Positions 1 to 8,757 of a stretch of 24,000 nt of DNA are shown here, one piece after another. Source of the stretch: Pseudomonadota bacterium (GTDB lineage: Bacteria > Desulfobacterota > Desulfobacteria > Desulfobacterales > RPRI01); NCBI GenBank assembly GCA_018817425.1, contig JAHITX010000120.1, positions 2,781 through 26,780 of the forward strand. The letters run 5' to 3'. Position 1 is the stretch's first letter. Every line of letters begins with the position of its first letter. A program made the translations under genes and the position numbers. The notes beneath the pieces are model-generated. The model had not been told where the DNA came from and made no database searches. It saw only the letters and a program-made list of their open reading frames with translations.

Positions 1-134
1 GTCTCGAACAAACAAAGTACATTTCCTGTATTCGGTTGCTTCAATGGTTTTCCCCTATATATTTTATTTGCCACCTTCAAGGGGTACAAAAATCTGCATT
101 TTGTTTTGGACTTTTATGGTTAAGCATCCATGAT

Positions 135-551
135 TCAAGACATCATAGCAGAACTTATGATGGATACGTCTGGAGCCAGCGTACGGAATCCACACCAAAG
201 ATTTAGGGTTGAAACTATTTTCAAAGATTGTCTACGCTTGTGGTTGAGTTCTAACAAAGCTCGATGTCTATGCGTCTTTCTGGCTTTTGCAAAAGCGGCT
301 TTTGTTACAGTGCTTTTGGGGATATCGGATCGACCAAGTTTCTTGGAAAAGCGATTTGGCTCACTATGGTATGAGTTCATTATAAAACTAAGTAGAAAAG
401 AGATCAGCAGTTGAATAGGAAGGTTTGTTCCATCAGTAAAATTGCTTCTGTTTTGGCAGTGCAAATCTACACAATCATATGAAGTAATAATTATTTTATT
501 AAACACGATGATTTTTGCATAAATATTTAAAAGTAGGCCCCATGCCGACAA
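135..551 (-). pseudogene. IS4-family (DDE) transposase, N-terminal fragment only
   Basis: The 138-aa ORF contains 'LPIQLLISFLLSF', 'TVTKAAFAKARKT...ALLELN' and 'LWCGFRTLAPD(V)S'. These resemble the N-terminal region of IS4-type transposases up to the first catalytic D (usual form W.GYRLLAIDGS). The frame then closes and no DDE core follows in any frame down to position 1. Plus-strand ORF 130-414 is its antisense shadow. Confidence 0.45.
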
Positions 552-915
552 TAGTAGTTTACCCCTTTTATAATAGTGCTTATCTGCAATAATTGAAGAT
601 GAGTATATTATGCTGATAACAAAATAAAGCTTCCCGCCAAAGAGCAGACAGGGTATTAAAGAGAATTAAAATCAAATTTATATTGAGAGGAATGCGTTGT
701 CTCCCCCCAAAACCCCTCTTCCGCGTGTTTAACCCACCATAAGCAGAATAGATATGAAATATCATAATAACCTATTTTATATTATAATTAGGCAGATATA
801 GCATTTACTACTTGCTTAACTTAATAAGAATAAGTTAGAAGTTAAGATAATAATATATGAGCTGCCTTGAATGTCAATGGTACAAAATATGGTAGATAAT
901 GGGTAGGTATTTTAC

Positions 916-2262
916 CTATTGCTGCAGGCTATCAAGGTATGATATAAGGTTTACAGATCTATTGCTTAATCCAAGCTTTTTTCTAATACTTTTCCTATAG
1001 ACATCTATTGAACTACTGGCTATCCCTAATATTTCTGCACATTCCTTTGTTGATTTACCATGCCTAACTAGAATTGCCACCTGGATTTCTCTAGGAGTAA
1101 AGTTGAACTGTCTTATATTTTTTAGCAGAGGTGTAGCAATTTCATGGAGATGTGCTTCCATGATATCAAGCTGGGATCGCTGCCTTGCTCCTAGACTGCT
1201 TTGTTTTAACTGTTCGATATATGGAAGAATAAGATTCTGTATATTTATTAAGAATCTTTCTTCCATGTCATTTTTATCATCTTCCCTTTTCTGCAAGAGA
1301 ACCTTAAGCGCCATATTAAGTTCCTGAAGGGCGATGTTTTTGTTTTCCAACTCCTCAGTTCGCTCCTTAACTATGTTCTCAAGATGACTCCGATGCTTTT
1401 CCAGCTCCTCCTTTGCCTGCTTGTATTCGGTGATGTCGCGTGATATTCCGATGACGCCAATAATCTTGCCTGCCCCATCACGATAAGGCGCCTTGGTCGA
1501 TTGGTACACACGAAGACCATCGACTGTTGGAACCTTTTCTTCTATCAGGAAGGCTTTTCCAGAAGATATTACAAGCTTGTCATGCTCCATTATGGCGCGT
1601 ACTACGTCAGGGTTTTCATGTATTTCTTTGGATTCCTTCCCGATAATTTGCTCAGTAGACTTGCCAAGTATTGCCAATGTTGCAGGATTGGCCATAAGCA
1701 TGCGGCTATCGCAATCCTTTACAAACACAGCATCAGGCGTTCCATCCATCACAGCTTGAAGGATGGTTTTGCTATCGAGCAGTTCTTTCTCCAGGCTCTT
1801 GCTATCAGTAACATCACGGCAAAAACAGAAGAATAATTTACGTTTTGACAAATATGTGGCACTAACCTCAACATCAATAAAGGTGCCATTCTTGCATTTA
1901 AAGCTCGATTCAAAATGAGCCGAGCCAAATTTAATGATGTGTTTACTTCTCGAAGATATTAGCTCAGGTGAATCATTCACTGCTATCTCAGCTATTGGTA
2001 TTTTTAATATCTCTTCACGGGTATAGCCCAATAAACGACACATGGCCTCATTCACATCAAGAATCATTGAGTCTTGTACGTGCATTAGCCAAAAACCGTC
2101 ATGCATTTCACGAAGGATGGCGCTGGCATTTTCTTCACTTTCAAGCAATGCATTCTCGGCCTGTATATGTTCTAATTCAGCTTGTACCAGTTCACGGATT
2201 CTCTTCTTTAACAAGGCATTTTCTTTGAGTAGTACTTGGTTAGTTTTAAATGAATTTTCCAT
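916..2262 (-). CDS. PAS-PAS-coiled-coil LuxR-family (GerE HTH) transcriptional regulator
   Basis: 448-aa ORF with two PAS-like blocks, each ending in a typical PAS terminus ('FFCFCRDVTDSK', 'VIGISRDITEYKQAKEELE'). A long heptad-like linker follows, then a C-terminal LuxR HTH ('FTPREIQVAILVRHGKSTKECAEILGIASSSIDVYRKSIRKKLG'). Confidence 0.85.
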   Translation of the reverse strand: MENSFKTNQVLLKENALLKKRIRELVQAELEHIQAENALLESEENASAILREMHDGFWLMHVQDSMILDVNEAMCRLLGYTREEILKIPIAEIAVNDSPELISSRSKHIIKFGSAHFESSFKCKNGTFIDVEVSATYLSKRKLFFCFCRDVTDSKSLEKELLDSKTILQAVMDGTPDAVFVKDCDSRMLMANPATLAILGKSTEQIIGKESKEIHENPDVVRAIMEHDKLVISSGKAFLIEEKVPTVDGLRVYQSTKAPYRDGAGKIIGVIGISRDITEYKQAKEELEKHRSHLENIVKERTEELENKNIALQELNMALKVLLQKREDDKNDMEERFLINIQNLILPYIEQLKQSSLGARQRSQLDIMEAHLHEIATPLLKNIRQFNFTPREIQVAILVRHGKSTKECAEILGIASSSIDVYRKSIRKKLGLSNRSVNLISYLDSLQQ

Positions 2263-2521
2263 CTTATGACTCCAAAGCGGAATAAATGATGCTTGTCTGA
2301 AAATTGGATGGCGTTGGTTATCTAATTAAAGCCTGCTGGAGGCTATCGAATACCATGTAATGTCAAATAGAAACTCAGCAGTGCACTTTCAAATATTAGG
2401 TTCAGGAAACAAGTATGCCAGATGCTCACAGAATAGCTATACGCTGCGCTTTTTCATCACCTCACGCCTTGTCACTGAGCGCAATCATTTTTTTGAGATA
2501 GCTTGTGTAAAAGAATATTTT

Positions 2522-2611
2522 TTATTGCCCGAACATCTTATAAACAGCAAGCACTAAGATAATAATCCCGATTATAAACGATAGTATTAACTGATCAGTA
2601 TTAAACTTCAT
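2522..2611 (-). CDS. Possible 29-aa single-TM small protein (MKFNTDQLILSFIIGIIILVLAVYKMFGQ)
   Basis: ATG-to-TAA ORF found by hand (below the ORF-track cutoff) with a hydrophobic core. It lies about 70 nt downstream of a near-consensus promoter on the same strand. The SD is weak, so coding status is unproven. Confidence 0.2.
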   Translation of the reverse strand: MKFNTDQLILSFIIGIIILVLAVYKMFGQ

Positions 2612-2682
2612 ATTAACCATTTGCGAACAGCTATTTTACCCTTGAGCCTTTAACCCTTTTTTTTCAATATCTCTTTCTAAAT

Positions 2683-2711
2683 ATTACAGGAAACATATAA
2701 GAATATGTCAA
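2683..2711 (-). promoter_or_regulatory. Sigma70-like promoter: TTGACA - 17 nt - TGTAAT
   Basis: On the minus strand, -35 TTGACA is at 2711-2706 and -10 TGTAAT at 2688-2683 with a 17-nt spacer. It sits in the 484-nt gap between the lipoprotein gene and the PAS-LuxR gene. Confidence 0.35.
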
Positions 2712-2746
2712 TAAAATCTATTAGCCCCAAATATTGAACTAACTTG

Positions 2747-3421
2747 TCAATCCTTTTTGCCTTTATCGGTCTTCCCGATTGATTCAGCAAATTGGCGTAT
2801 TTTACGAGACTTGCTGATTGCTCTTCCCGCATTGGTAAACGTCTGATCTAAAGCTTGCTGAATCCTTCTACGAGTCCTGGCAGAGATTTCATGTGCCATG
2901 CCCAAATTGGTCATATCGCTGGTACCGCTAATGGTATCTGACCAAATTGTTACACCCTGCCGATCTTTCAACACCCAGGAAAGTGCTACAGTCTCACAAA
3001 CCTGCATAAAAGCATTACTCCTTATTCCGTTTTGGAGAAAATTCTCAAATCTGGGTTCCAGGGTTGCATCAACACCATCCAGTACTTCTAATCGGTTACC
3101 GCGAGAAACAAGAACTTCCCGAAACAACATATGTGCCATTTCTGTGGAATTGTTCACAAGTGCCGGCCCGAACTGAACAGTATCCCGGTTGCGCCCAAAA
3201 AAGGTGCCAATAGTGGCACCTTTAACGGTCTTTGTCTGGAAATCATCGCTAAGGTGCAGCTGAACAATCATATCAATAGGTTCAGGTTCAATATAATTAT
3301 TATGATAGCTGAAGCCGGGCTTGGCTATGTAGGTTATTCCACCGCAGCCTCCTGCCGTAACCACCAGCAAACCAACCAAGGAAAGCTGAATTATACGTGC
3401 AGGGTAAAAAAGATTTTTCAC
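2747..3421 (-). CDS. Hypothetical lipoprotein
   Basis: 224-aa ORF with a signal peptide ending in a lipobox-like 'LLVVTAGGC'. The GTG start overlaps the upstream TGA (GTGA), and AGGA lies 8 nt upstream. I recognised no family. Confidence 0.7.
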   Translation of the reverse strand: MKNLFYPARIIQLSLVGLLVVTAGGCGGITYIAKPGFSYHNNYIEPEPIDMIVQLHLSDDFQTKTVKGATIGTFFGRNRDTVQFGPALVNNSTEMAHMLFREVLVSRGNRLEVLDGVDATLEPRFENFLQNGIRSNAFMQVCETVALSWVLKDRQGVTIWSDTISGTSDMTNLGMAHEISARTRRRIQQALDQTFTNAGRAISKSRKIRQFAESIGKTDKGKKD

Positions 3422-4047
3422 TGCATATCCTGTGTATTTTTGGTTAGATCCCCACAGACTATCGCTCCATCATTATGAAGATCGTAAAGAAAATTCCAAT
3501 AAATATTTTCCCGAACCTCATTACCCACCTTTTCAGAAGTATTTCCTGCCATGAAAATCATAAAAAGCTGAATCCATGTCTTCATAGAGTCCTTGTATTC
3601 GTATGTCTTTAGCAAATTCCCGTCTTTTTTGAGGTCTACGGTCATTGCATAATCATCCCGTGCGTAGGCAGGTAAAACTGTGAGTGTCAAGCCGGACAAA
3701 TACCCCGTAATAAAAGCGACCCCCCTATTGCCATCGTTATTCATTGTAAATTCAAGACAGGTTGTTTCTGTGGAACAATCCCCGATTACATCCGAAAACA
3801 TCCCGCTTGCAACAAGATGATTGCGAACCTTCTCACGAAACATTGAAGACATACCCGGATTGGGGTTTCCGAATGTAAACCACTTAGCGTTAAAACCGAC
3901 TGTTCCTAGTTGAACCGGTGTGGAAATATCCGACTGATATCGACTTGGAAGATTGTTTCCGTGAAAGGACGCACAACCGCTTCCAACCATTGAAAGAACT
4001 ACAACTACCATCATCATAAAAAACAAATGAATAGAATTTTTTACCAT
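3418..4047 (-). CDS. Hypothetical lipoprotein
   Basis: 209-aa ORF with a hydrophobic leader 'MMMVVVVLSMVGSGC' (lipobox-like) and GAGAGG upstream of the ATG. It is translationally coupled to the next lipoprotein gene. Confidence 0.7.
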   Translation of the reverse strand: MVKNSIHLFFMMMVVVVLSMVGSGCASFHGNNLPSRYQSDISTPVQLGTVGFNAKWFTFGNPNPGMSSMFREKVRNHLVASGMFSDVIGDCSTETTCLEFTMNNDGNRGVAFITGYLSGLTLTVLPAYARDDYAMTVDLKKDGNLLKTYEYKDSMKTWIQLFMIFMAGNTSEKVGNEVRENIYWNFLYDLHNDGAIVCGDLTKNTQDMQ

Positions 4048-4116
4048 AGAAAATACCCTCTCTTTCTAAATACGCACTGGCTTTGCAATGCGGAAATAAA
4101 ACGTTAAATAAATAAT

Positions 4117-5334
4117 CTATTCCCTATCCAACCCGAATTCCGCATGAAGAACACGAACCGCAAGCTCGGCATATTTTTCTTCTATGAGACATGATATTCT
4201 GATTTCGGAAGTACTTATTAAAAGTACATTTATATTTTCTCTTGCAAGAACCGAAAACATTCTTGCGGCAACGCCGGAATGGTTCTTCATTCCAACACCT
4301 ATTACAGAAACCTTGGCGACATTTTCATCAACTAACACAGCTTCGGCGCCTATTTCACTTGCAACTTTATTTTCAATCTCTACTGCCTTTTTAAAATCCG
4401 ATTTGGGGACTGTAAATGTAAGGTCAGTCAATTTTGCAGCACGGGTATTTTGTATTATCATATCTACAAGTATCCCGGCATCAGCAATCGGAGAAAATAT
4501 TTTTGCGGCAATACCCGGCTGATCGGGAACTTTTTTCAAGGTAATACGTGCTTCGTTTTTACTGTGTGTTACACCGGATACGACAAGTCTTTCCATATCC
4601 GCAGATTCATTTACTACCATAGTTCCCTCCTCAAATGAAAATGATGATCTAAGATGTACAGGCACATAATATTTTTTCGCAAACTCAACGGATCTGATCT
4701 GTAAAACCTTTGCTCCAAGGCTGGACATTTCAAGCATCTCGTCATAGGATATCTTATCAAGTTTTCTGGCCTTTTTACATATATTGGGATCAGCAGTATA
4801 TATTCCGTCAACATCGGTATATATTTCGCACATATCGGCTTTAAGCGCTGCAGCTATAGCTACGGCCGTTGTGTCCGAACCACCACGGCCAAGAGTTGTC
4901 AGATTTCCATAAGAATCTATACCCTGAAAACCTGCAACAACTACTATCATTTTCTGACCAAGATATTTTTTGATATTATCTACATCGATTCCGGCGATTC
5001 TGGCGCTTCCGAAATCGCTGCTGGTCTTAATTTTAATTTGATGGCCAAGAAGTGATACAGCTGGGTAATTCATACCCTTTAACATCATGGCAAGAATAGC
5101 AACCGTTGTCTGTTCTCCCGTGTTAAGAAGAACATCAAGCTCACGTTTATCAGGAGCATAAGAGGCCTGATTCGCCAGATTAATAAGATTGTCGGTAACC
5201 CCTGACATCGCTGAAAGGATTACTACTACGTCGTTTTTTCCATCAAAGGTCTTTGATACGCGCATCGCCACATTGCGTATACGATCAATATCACCTACCG
5301 ATGTTCCACCATATTTTTGTACAATTAAACTCAT
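4117..5334 (-). CDS. lysC: Aspartate kinase
   Basis: 405 aa with the amino-acid-kinase N-terminus 'IVQKYGGTSVGD', 'LGRGGSDTTAVAIAAAL' and two C-terminal ACT-like repeats. It is separated by 7 nt from the upstream gene. Confidence 0.95.
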   Translation of the reverse strand: MSLIVQKYGGTSVGDIDRIRNVAMRVSKTFDGKNDVVVILSAMSGVTDNLINLANQASYAPDKRELDVLLNTGEQTTVAILAMMLKGMNYPAVSLLGHQIKIKTSSDFGSARIAGIDVDNIKKYLGQKMIVVVAGFQGIDSYGNLTTLGRGGSDTTAVAIAAALKADMCEIYTDVDGIYTADPNICKKARKLDKISYDEMLEMSSLGAKVLQIRSVEFAKKYYVPVHLRSSFSFEEGTMVVNESADMERLVVSGVTHSKNEARITLKKVPDQPGIAAKIFSPIADAGILVDMIIQNTRAAKLTDLTFTVPKSDFKKAVEIENKVASEIGAEAVLVDENVAKVSVIGVGMKNHSGVAARMFSVLARENINVLLISTSEIRISCLIEEKYAELAVRVLHAEFGLDRE

Positions 5335-5341
5335 TTTATCC

Positions 5342-5863
5342 TCATAAATCGTTTATAAGACCGGCGGCATCATCTCCGTGGGCGGTTATATTAATTTTTC
5401 TTATATCATCACCCGTTATTTCAAAGTGAACTGCCAAATATTTATCCGGAAAATCATTTTTTAATAAGTCGGGCCATTCAATAGCAAAAACCCCGAATCT
5501 GTCAAGTATTTCATAAAGCCCTGTATCAAAAATATCGTCTTCATCTGCTAAGCGGTATAAATCAATATGAAAAAGGGGGATTCGCCCCGGATATTCATGA
5601 ATTATCGAGTAAGTCGGGCTTGTAATATAAAATTTTTCCGGGATTTCAAGCCCTTTGGCAAGACCCTGAACAAAGGATGTTTTTCCGCTTCCAAGCTCTC
5701 CTGTCAATGCAAGTATGATTTTATCTTTTATTTTTTTCCCTATTTTTTCTCCCAGACTTTGAGTTTCCTCACAGGAATTTGCAATAGTATCTGTAATCAG
5801 ATTATCACCATTCAAGTTCATACTGTAGCCTTTTTCATAAATTTTCTTAAATTCCTTTAGCAT
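5342..5863 (-). CDS. tsaE: tRNA t6A biosynthesis ATPase TsaE (YjeE)
   Basis: P-loop 'LTGELGSGKTSFVQGLAKGL' plus 'YHIDLYRL' (here 'FHIDLYRL'), both typical of TsaE. The start is ambiguous. ATG at 5863 overlaps nnr by 17 nt, while the internal ATG at 5821 (M15) gives a more typical length. Confidence 0.85.
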   Translation of the reverse strand: MLKEFKKIYEKGYSMNLNGDNLITDTIANSCEETQSLGEKIGKKIKDKIILALTGELGSGKTSFVQGLAKGLEIPEKFYITSPTYSIIHEYPGRIPLFHIDLYRLADEDDIFDTGLYEILDRFGVFAIEWPDLLKNDFPDKYLAVHFEITGDDIRKINITAHGDDAAGLINDL

Positions 5864-7400
5864 GAATCCCTATTTGTGCGGGTAGAATATTTAACATATC
5901 GGATGCGATATAGCCAAAAGGCCCCATGTTTTCAAAAAGAGAATCTCCGGCAGCACCATGAAGATAAACACCCAGCTTTACAGCATCTTCAGCCGGATAA
6001 TTCTGAGCGGCAAATCCGACAATAATGCCGCTTAAAATATCTCCCATACCACCGGATGCCATACCCGAATTTCCGGTTGAATTTATAAAAACTCTGCCAT
6101 CCGGATGTGCAATTACAGTTCCGGCTCCTTTTAATACCAGATGAACTTTAAACTCTGTAGCAAATTCGCGGGCACAGGCAACCCTATTTTTCTGAATCTG
6201 TGAAACAGTTAAACCTGTTAGTCTTGACATCTCACCTGGATGTGGAGTCAATATAACAGGCAATTTAAGCTTTTTAAGCGTATCTGTTTCTCCGGCAATA
6301 AGATTCAGACCATCTGCATCAATAACAATCGGAACCTCTATTTCGTGAAGCAATCTTAAAACAAGTTTTTTGGTAGAAGGATCGGTTCCAAGACCGGGGC
6401 CAATAGCAATGCATTTCTTGCCGGAAATATTGTGCATAATAGCATCGAAAGATGATTCGGAAAGAAACCCTTCGGAATTCTCCGAAAGGGCACAAGACAT
6501 GGCTTCAAGAGTTGTTGATTCAATCACGTTATTAAGACTTTTGGGCACACCAAGCGTCACAAGTCCGGCACCTGCTCTCATAGCAGCCATAGAAGTCATA
6601 GCTGCCGCTCCGGTTTTTCCTGGAGAGCCGCCAATAATAAAAACATGGCCTGTACTTCCTTTATGAGCATCTTTTTTTCTCGGTTTTAAAATAGTGTTTA
6701 TCTTCTCATGTGTAAGAAGATATTGTTTCGGACCTATTTTATCGGCAATAAAAGTAGGAATACCAATATCTATGATTTCAACTTCACCCGAATGGTAAGC
6801 ACCGGGATAAATATAATGCCCCAATTTGGCATACCCAAAAGTTGCCGTAACAACAGCATGAATACATTCACCATGTATCTGACCATTGTCCGAATCGATT
6901 CCTGAAGCAATATCAACCGCAAACACTGGTTTATTAAGACTGTTTATAAACCCTATCACATCTTTAATATATCCTTTAATATCGGATTTCAGACCCGTCC
7001 CAAATATAGCATCAACCCATACATCTCTGTGACGCATAGAATTCTGATTCGCAACAAATGTATCTTTGTCCGTAATCTCAATAACAGGAATACCAAGCGG
7101 ATATAACAACTCAAGATTTGCAAGAGCATCACCTTTGACAAGTGATGCCTTTGACAAAAGACATACACTTACGTCAAAGCCTTTTTGCAAAAGCCGTCTT
7201 GCTATAACAAAGCCATCACCGCCATTATTTCCGCGCCCGGCTATAATCCCGACTTTTTCGGTGCCCTTGATGCAGATTTTATCAAGAAGTACTTGCGTTG
7301 CACCGCACCCTGCGTTTTCCATGAGCACTCTGCCGGGAAGTCCGAAATCTATAGTACTTTTATCCATCTGCTGCATTTCACTTGCTGTTGTTAAATACAT
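5847..7400 (-). CDS. nnr: Bifunctional NAD(P)H-hydrate repair enzyme (epimerase/ADP-dependent dehydratase)
   Basis: 517 aa. The N-terminal YjeF_N domain carries 'IIAGRGNNGGDGFV'. The C-terminal carbohydrate-kinase-like domain carries 'AIGPGLG' and 'GNSGMASGGMGDILSG'. Confidence 0.93.
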   Translation of the reverse strand: MYLTTASEMQQMDKSTIDFGLPGRVLMENAGCGATQVLLDKICIKGTEKVGIIAGRGNNGGDGFVIARRLLQKGFDVSVCLLSKASLVKGDALANLELLYPLGIPVIEITDKDTFVANQNSMRHRDVWVDAIFGTGLKSDIKGYIKDVIGFINSLNKPVFAVDIASGIDSDNGQIHGECIHAVVTATFGYAKLGHYIYPGAYHSGEVEIIDIGIPTFIADKIGPKQYLLTHEKINTILKPRKKDAHKGSTGHVFIIGGSPGKTGAAAMTSMAAMRAGAGLVTLGVPKSLNNVIESTTLEAMSCALSENSEGFLSESSFDAIMHNISGKKCIAIGPGLGTDPSTKKLVLRLLHEIEVPIVIDADGLNLIAGETDTLKKLKLPVILTPHPGEMSRLTGLTVSQIQKNRVACAREFATEFKVHLVLKGAGTVIAHPDGRVFINSTGNSGMASGGMGDILSGIIVGFAAQNYPAEDAVKLGVYLHGAAGDSLFENMGPFGYIASDMLNILPAQIGIHAKGI

Positions 7401-7457
7401 TTTAGCTCCAAAAAAAATACACTAAATAATCATGACTTAACAAAAATACCACAAACC

Positions 7458-7526
7458 GTCATACCGGCGAAAGCCGGTATCCAGAACATTTTGAAACACT
7501 GGATTCAGAATCAAGTCCTAAATGAC
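7458..7526. repeat. Small double-hairpin intergenic element (GTCAT-hairpin-ATCCAG ... CTGGAT-degenerate hairpin-ATGAC)
   Basis: The element has the terminal inverted pairs GTCAT/ATGAC and ATCCAG/CTGGAT. The first half holds a perfect hairpin and the second half a decayed one. From memory it resembles a class of short palindromic intergenic repeats seen in many proteobacteria. Confidence 0.4.
7461..7480 (-). terminator. Stem-loop ATACCGGC-GAAA-GCCGGTAT, possible terminator downstream of the acyl-CoA dehydrogenase gene
   Basis: Perfect 8-bp stem with a 4-nt loop, 68 nt after the acd stop. On the minus strand it is followed by a T-rich stretch (GGTATTTTTGTT) that is not immediately adjacent. 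Confidence 0.4.
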
Positions 7527-7547
7527 AAAATTGGGATTTTACGTCTC

Positions 7548-8702
7548 TTACATTTTTCTCTTGTCGTTAAATATATGATTTGAAATTACTACTTTCTGGA
7601 TTTCCGATGTTCCCTCGTAAATTGTAAAAACTCTTGCATCCCTGTAAAATCTTTCAACAGGGTATTCTTTAATAAAGCCATAGCCTCCATGCATCTGCAA
7701 TGCTTTTGCCGTAACGCGATTTACCATTTCGGAGGCAAACAATTTTGCCATGGAAGCCTGAAGAGTATAGTTTTCACCTTTGTCTTTTATGGCTGCTGCT
7801 GAATACATTAACTGGCGCGCAGCTTCAACTTCGGTTGCCATTTCAGCAACCATCCACCGAAGACCCTGAAATTTCGATATAGTCTGCCCGAACTGTTCAC
7901 GTTGGGTTGCATATTTTACTGCTGCATCAAGCGCTGCCTGGGCAACACCGACTGATTGGGCCGCAATTCCAATTCTGCCACCATCTAAAGCCGACATTGC
8001 TATTTTAAAGCCATCGCCTTCATTACCAAGAAGATCACTCTTATGTACCCGGCAATCTTCAAATATGAGATCACAGGTATCGGAACCGCGAAGCCCCATT
8101 TTATCTTCCATTTTGCCGACCAATAATCCAGGAGTATTCTTGGCCACAATAAATGCACTTATGCCCTTGTGCTTTTTTGCCGGATCAGTGTTTGCGGTAA
8201 CTATTGTAAGTCCTGCATTTTTACCGGTTGTTATAAACCGTTTGGTACCATTTAATATATAATAATCACCTTTTTTTACCGCCGATGTTTTCTGGCTTAC
8301 CGGATCGGAGCCTGCCTGTGGCTCCGTCATGGCAAAAGCACCTATCATTTTTCCTGATGCAAGAGATTTTAAATACCTTATCTTCTGGTCATCCGTACCA
8401 TAACGCAAAATACTTTCGCATACTATGGAATTATGAACAGACATCACAACCGCAGTTGAAGCACACGAGTATGCAATTTCCGAAAGCGCAAGAACATAGC
8501 TTATGGTATCAGTACCCGAACCACCAAATTCAGCCGGAATCATCATACCCATAAGTCCGAGCTCAGCCATTTTTTCGAAGTTTTCAGCCGGAAACTCCTT
8601 GCTCAGATCACGCTCCATAGCTGTAGCAGCAACAAATTTGCGTGAAAACTCCCTTACCATGTCACGGATCATCAATTGTTCATCTGTAAGAAAAAATGGC
8701 AT
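7548..8702 (-). CDS. Short-chain (butyryl-CoA-type) acyl-CoA dehydrogenase
   Basis: Contains 'GAFAMTEPQAGSD', 'QMHGGYGF' and 'ARVFTIYEGTSEIQ'. I prefer the ATG at 8702 ('MPFFLTDEQ'). The ORF-track start at 8735 is a TTG inside a palindrome. Confidence 0.9.
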   Translation of the reverse strand: MPFFLTDEQLMIRDMVREFSRKFVAATAMERDLSKEFPAENFEKMAELGLMGMMIPAEFGGSGTDTISYVLALSEIAYSCASTAVVMSVHNSIVCESILRYGTDDQKIRYLKSLASGKMIGAFAMTEPQAGSDPVSQKTSAVKKGDYYILNGTKRFITTGKNAGLTIVTANTDPAKKHKGISAFIVAKNTPGLLVGKMEDKMGLRGSDTCDLIFEDCRVHKSDLLGNEGDGFKIAMSALDGGRIGIAAQSVGVAQAALDAAVKYATQREQFGQTISKFQGLRWMVAEMATEVEAARQLMYSAAAIKDKGENYTLQASMAKLFASEMVNRVTAKALQMHGGYGFIKEYPVERFYRDARVFTIYEGTSEIQKVVISNHIFNDKRKM

Positions 8703-8725
8703 TATATTTCTCTTTAAATATAAGT

Positions 8726-8749
8726 TTTTTCCCAATTGCTTGGGAAAAA
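8726..8749. promoter_or_regulatory. Perfect palindrome TTTTTCCCAA-TTGC-TTGGGAAAAA just upstream of the acd start
   Basis: 10-bp perfect arms (8726-8735 and 8740-8749) with a 4-nt centre, 24 nt upstream of the ATG at 8702. It could be an operator or an RNA hairpin. Confidence 0.35.
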
Positions 8750-8757
8750 GGGGTCCA

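Noticed and set aside
130-414. 94-aa plus-strand ORF
   Set aside because: It lies fully inside and antisense to the IS4-like transposase fragment. It has no SD and no recognisable motifs, so it is a shadow ORF.
580-765. 61-aa minus-strand ORF in the AT-rich spacer
   Set aside because: It has low-complexity composition, no SD and no family resemblance. It is probably non-coding sequence flanking the IS fragment.
1103-2269. Five plus-strand ORFs (74-111 aa) overlapping the PAS-LuxR gene
   Set aside because: They are antisense shadows of a well-supported minus-strand gene. The same reasoning covers the other plus-strand ORFs in the track (e.g. 4184-4522, 6370-6666, 7066-7425, 8503-8844, 9526-9933, 12249-12566, 17270-17608, 20137-20403, 23093-23419).
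5335-5341. Lysine riboswitch (L-box) upstream of lysC
   Set aside because: Only 7 nt separate lysC from tsaE, so there is no room for a leader. lysC is evidently co-transcribed with nnr-tsaE.
8703-8735. Longer start for acd (track start at 8735)
   Set aside because: The codon at 8735 is TTG and lies inside the perfect palindrome. The ATG at 8702 gives the typical 'MPFFLTDEQ' acyl-CoA dehydrogenase N-terminus.
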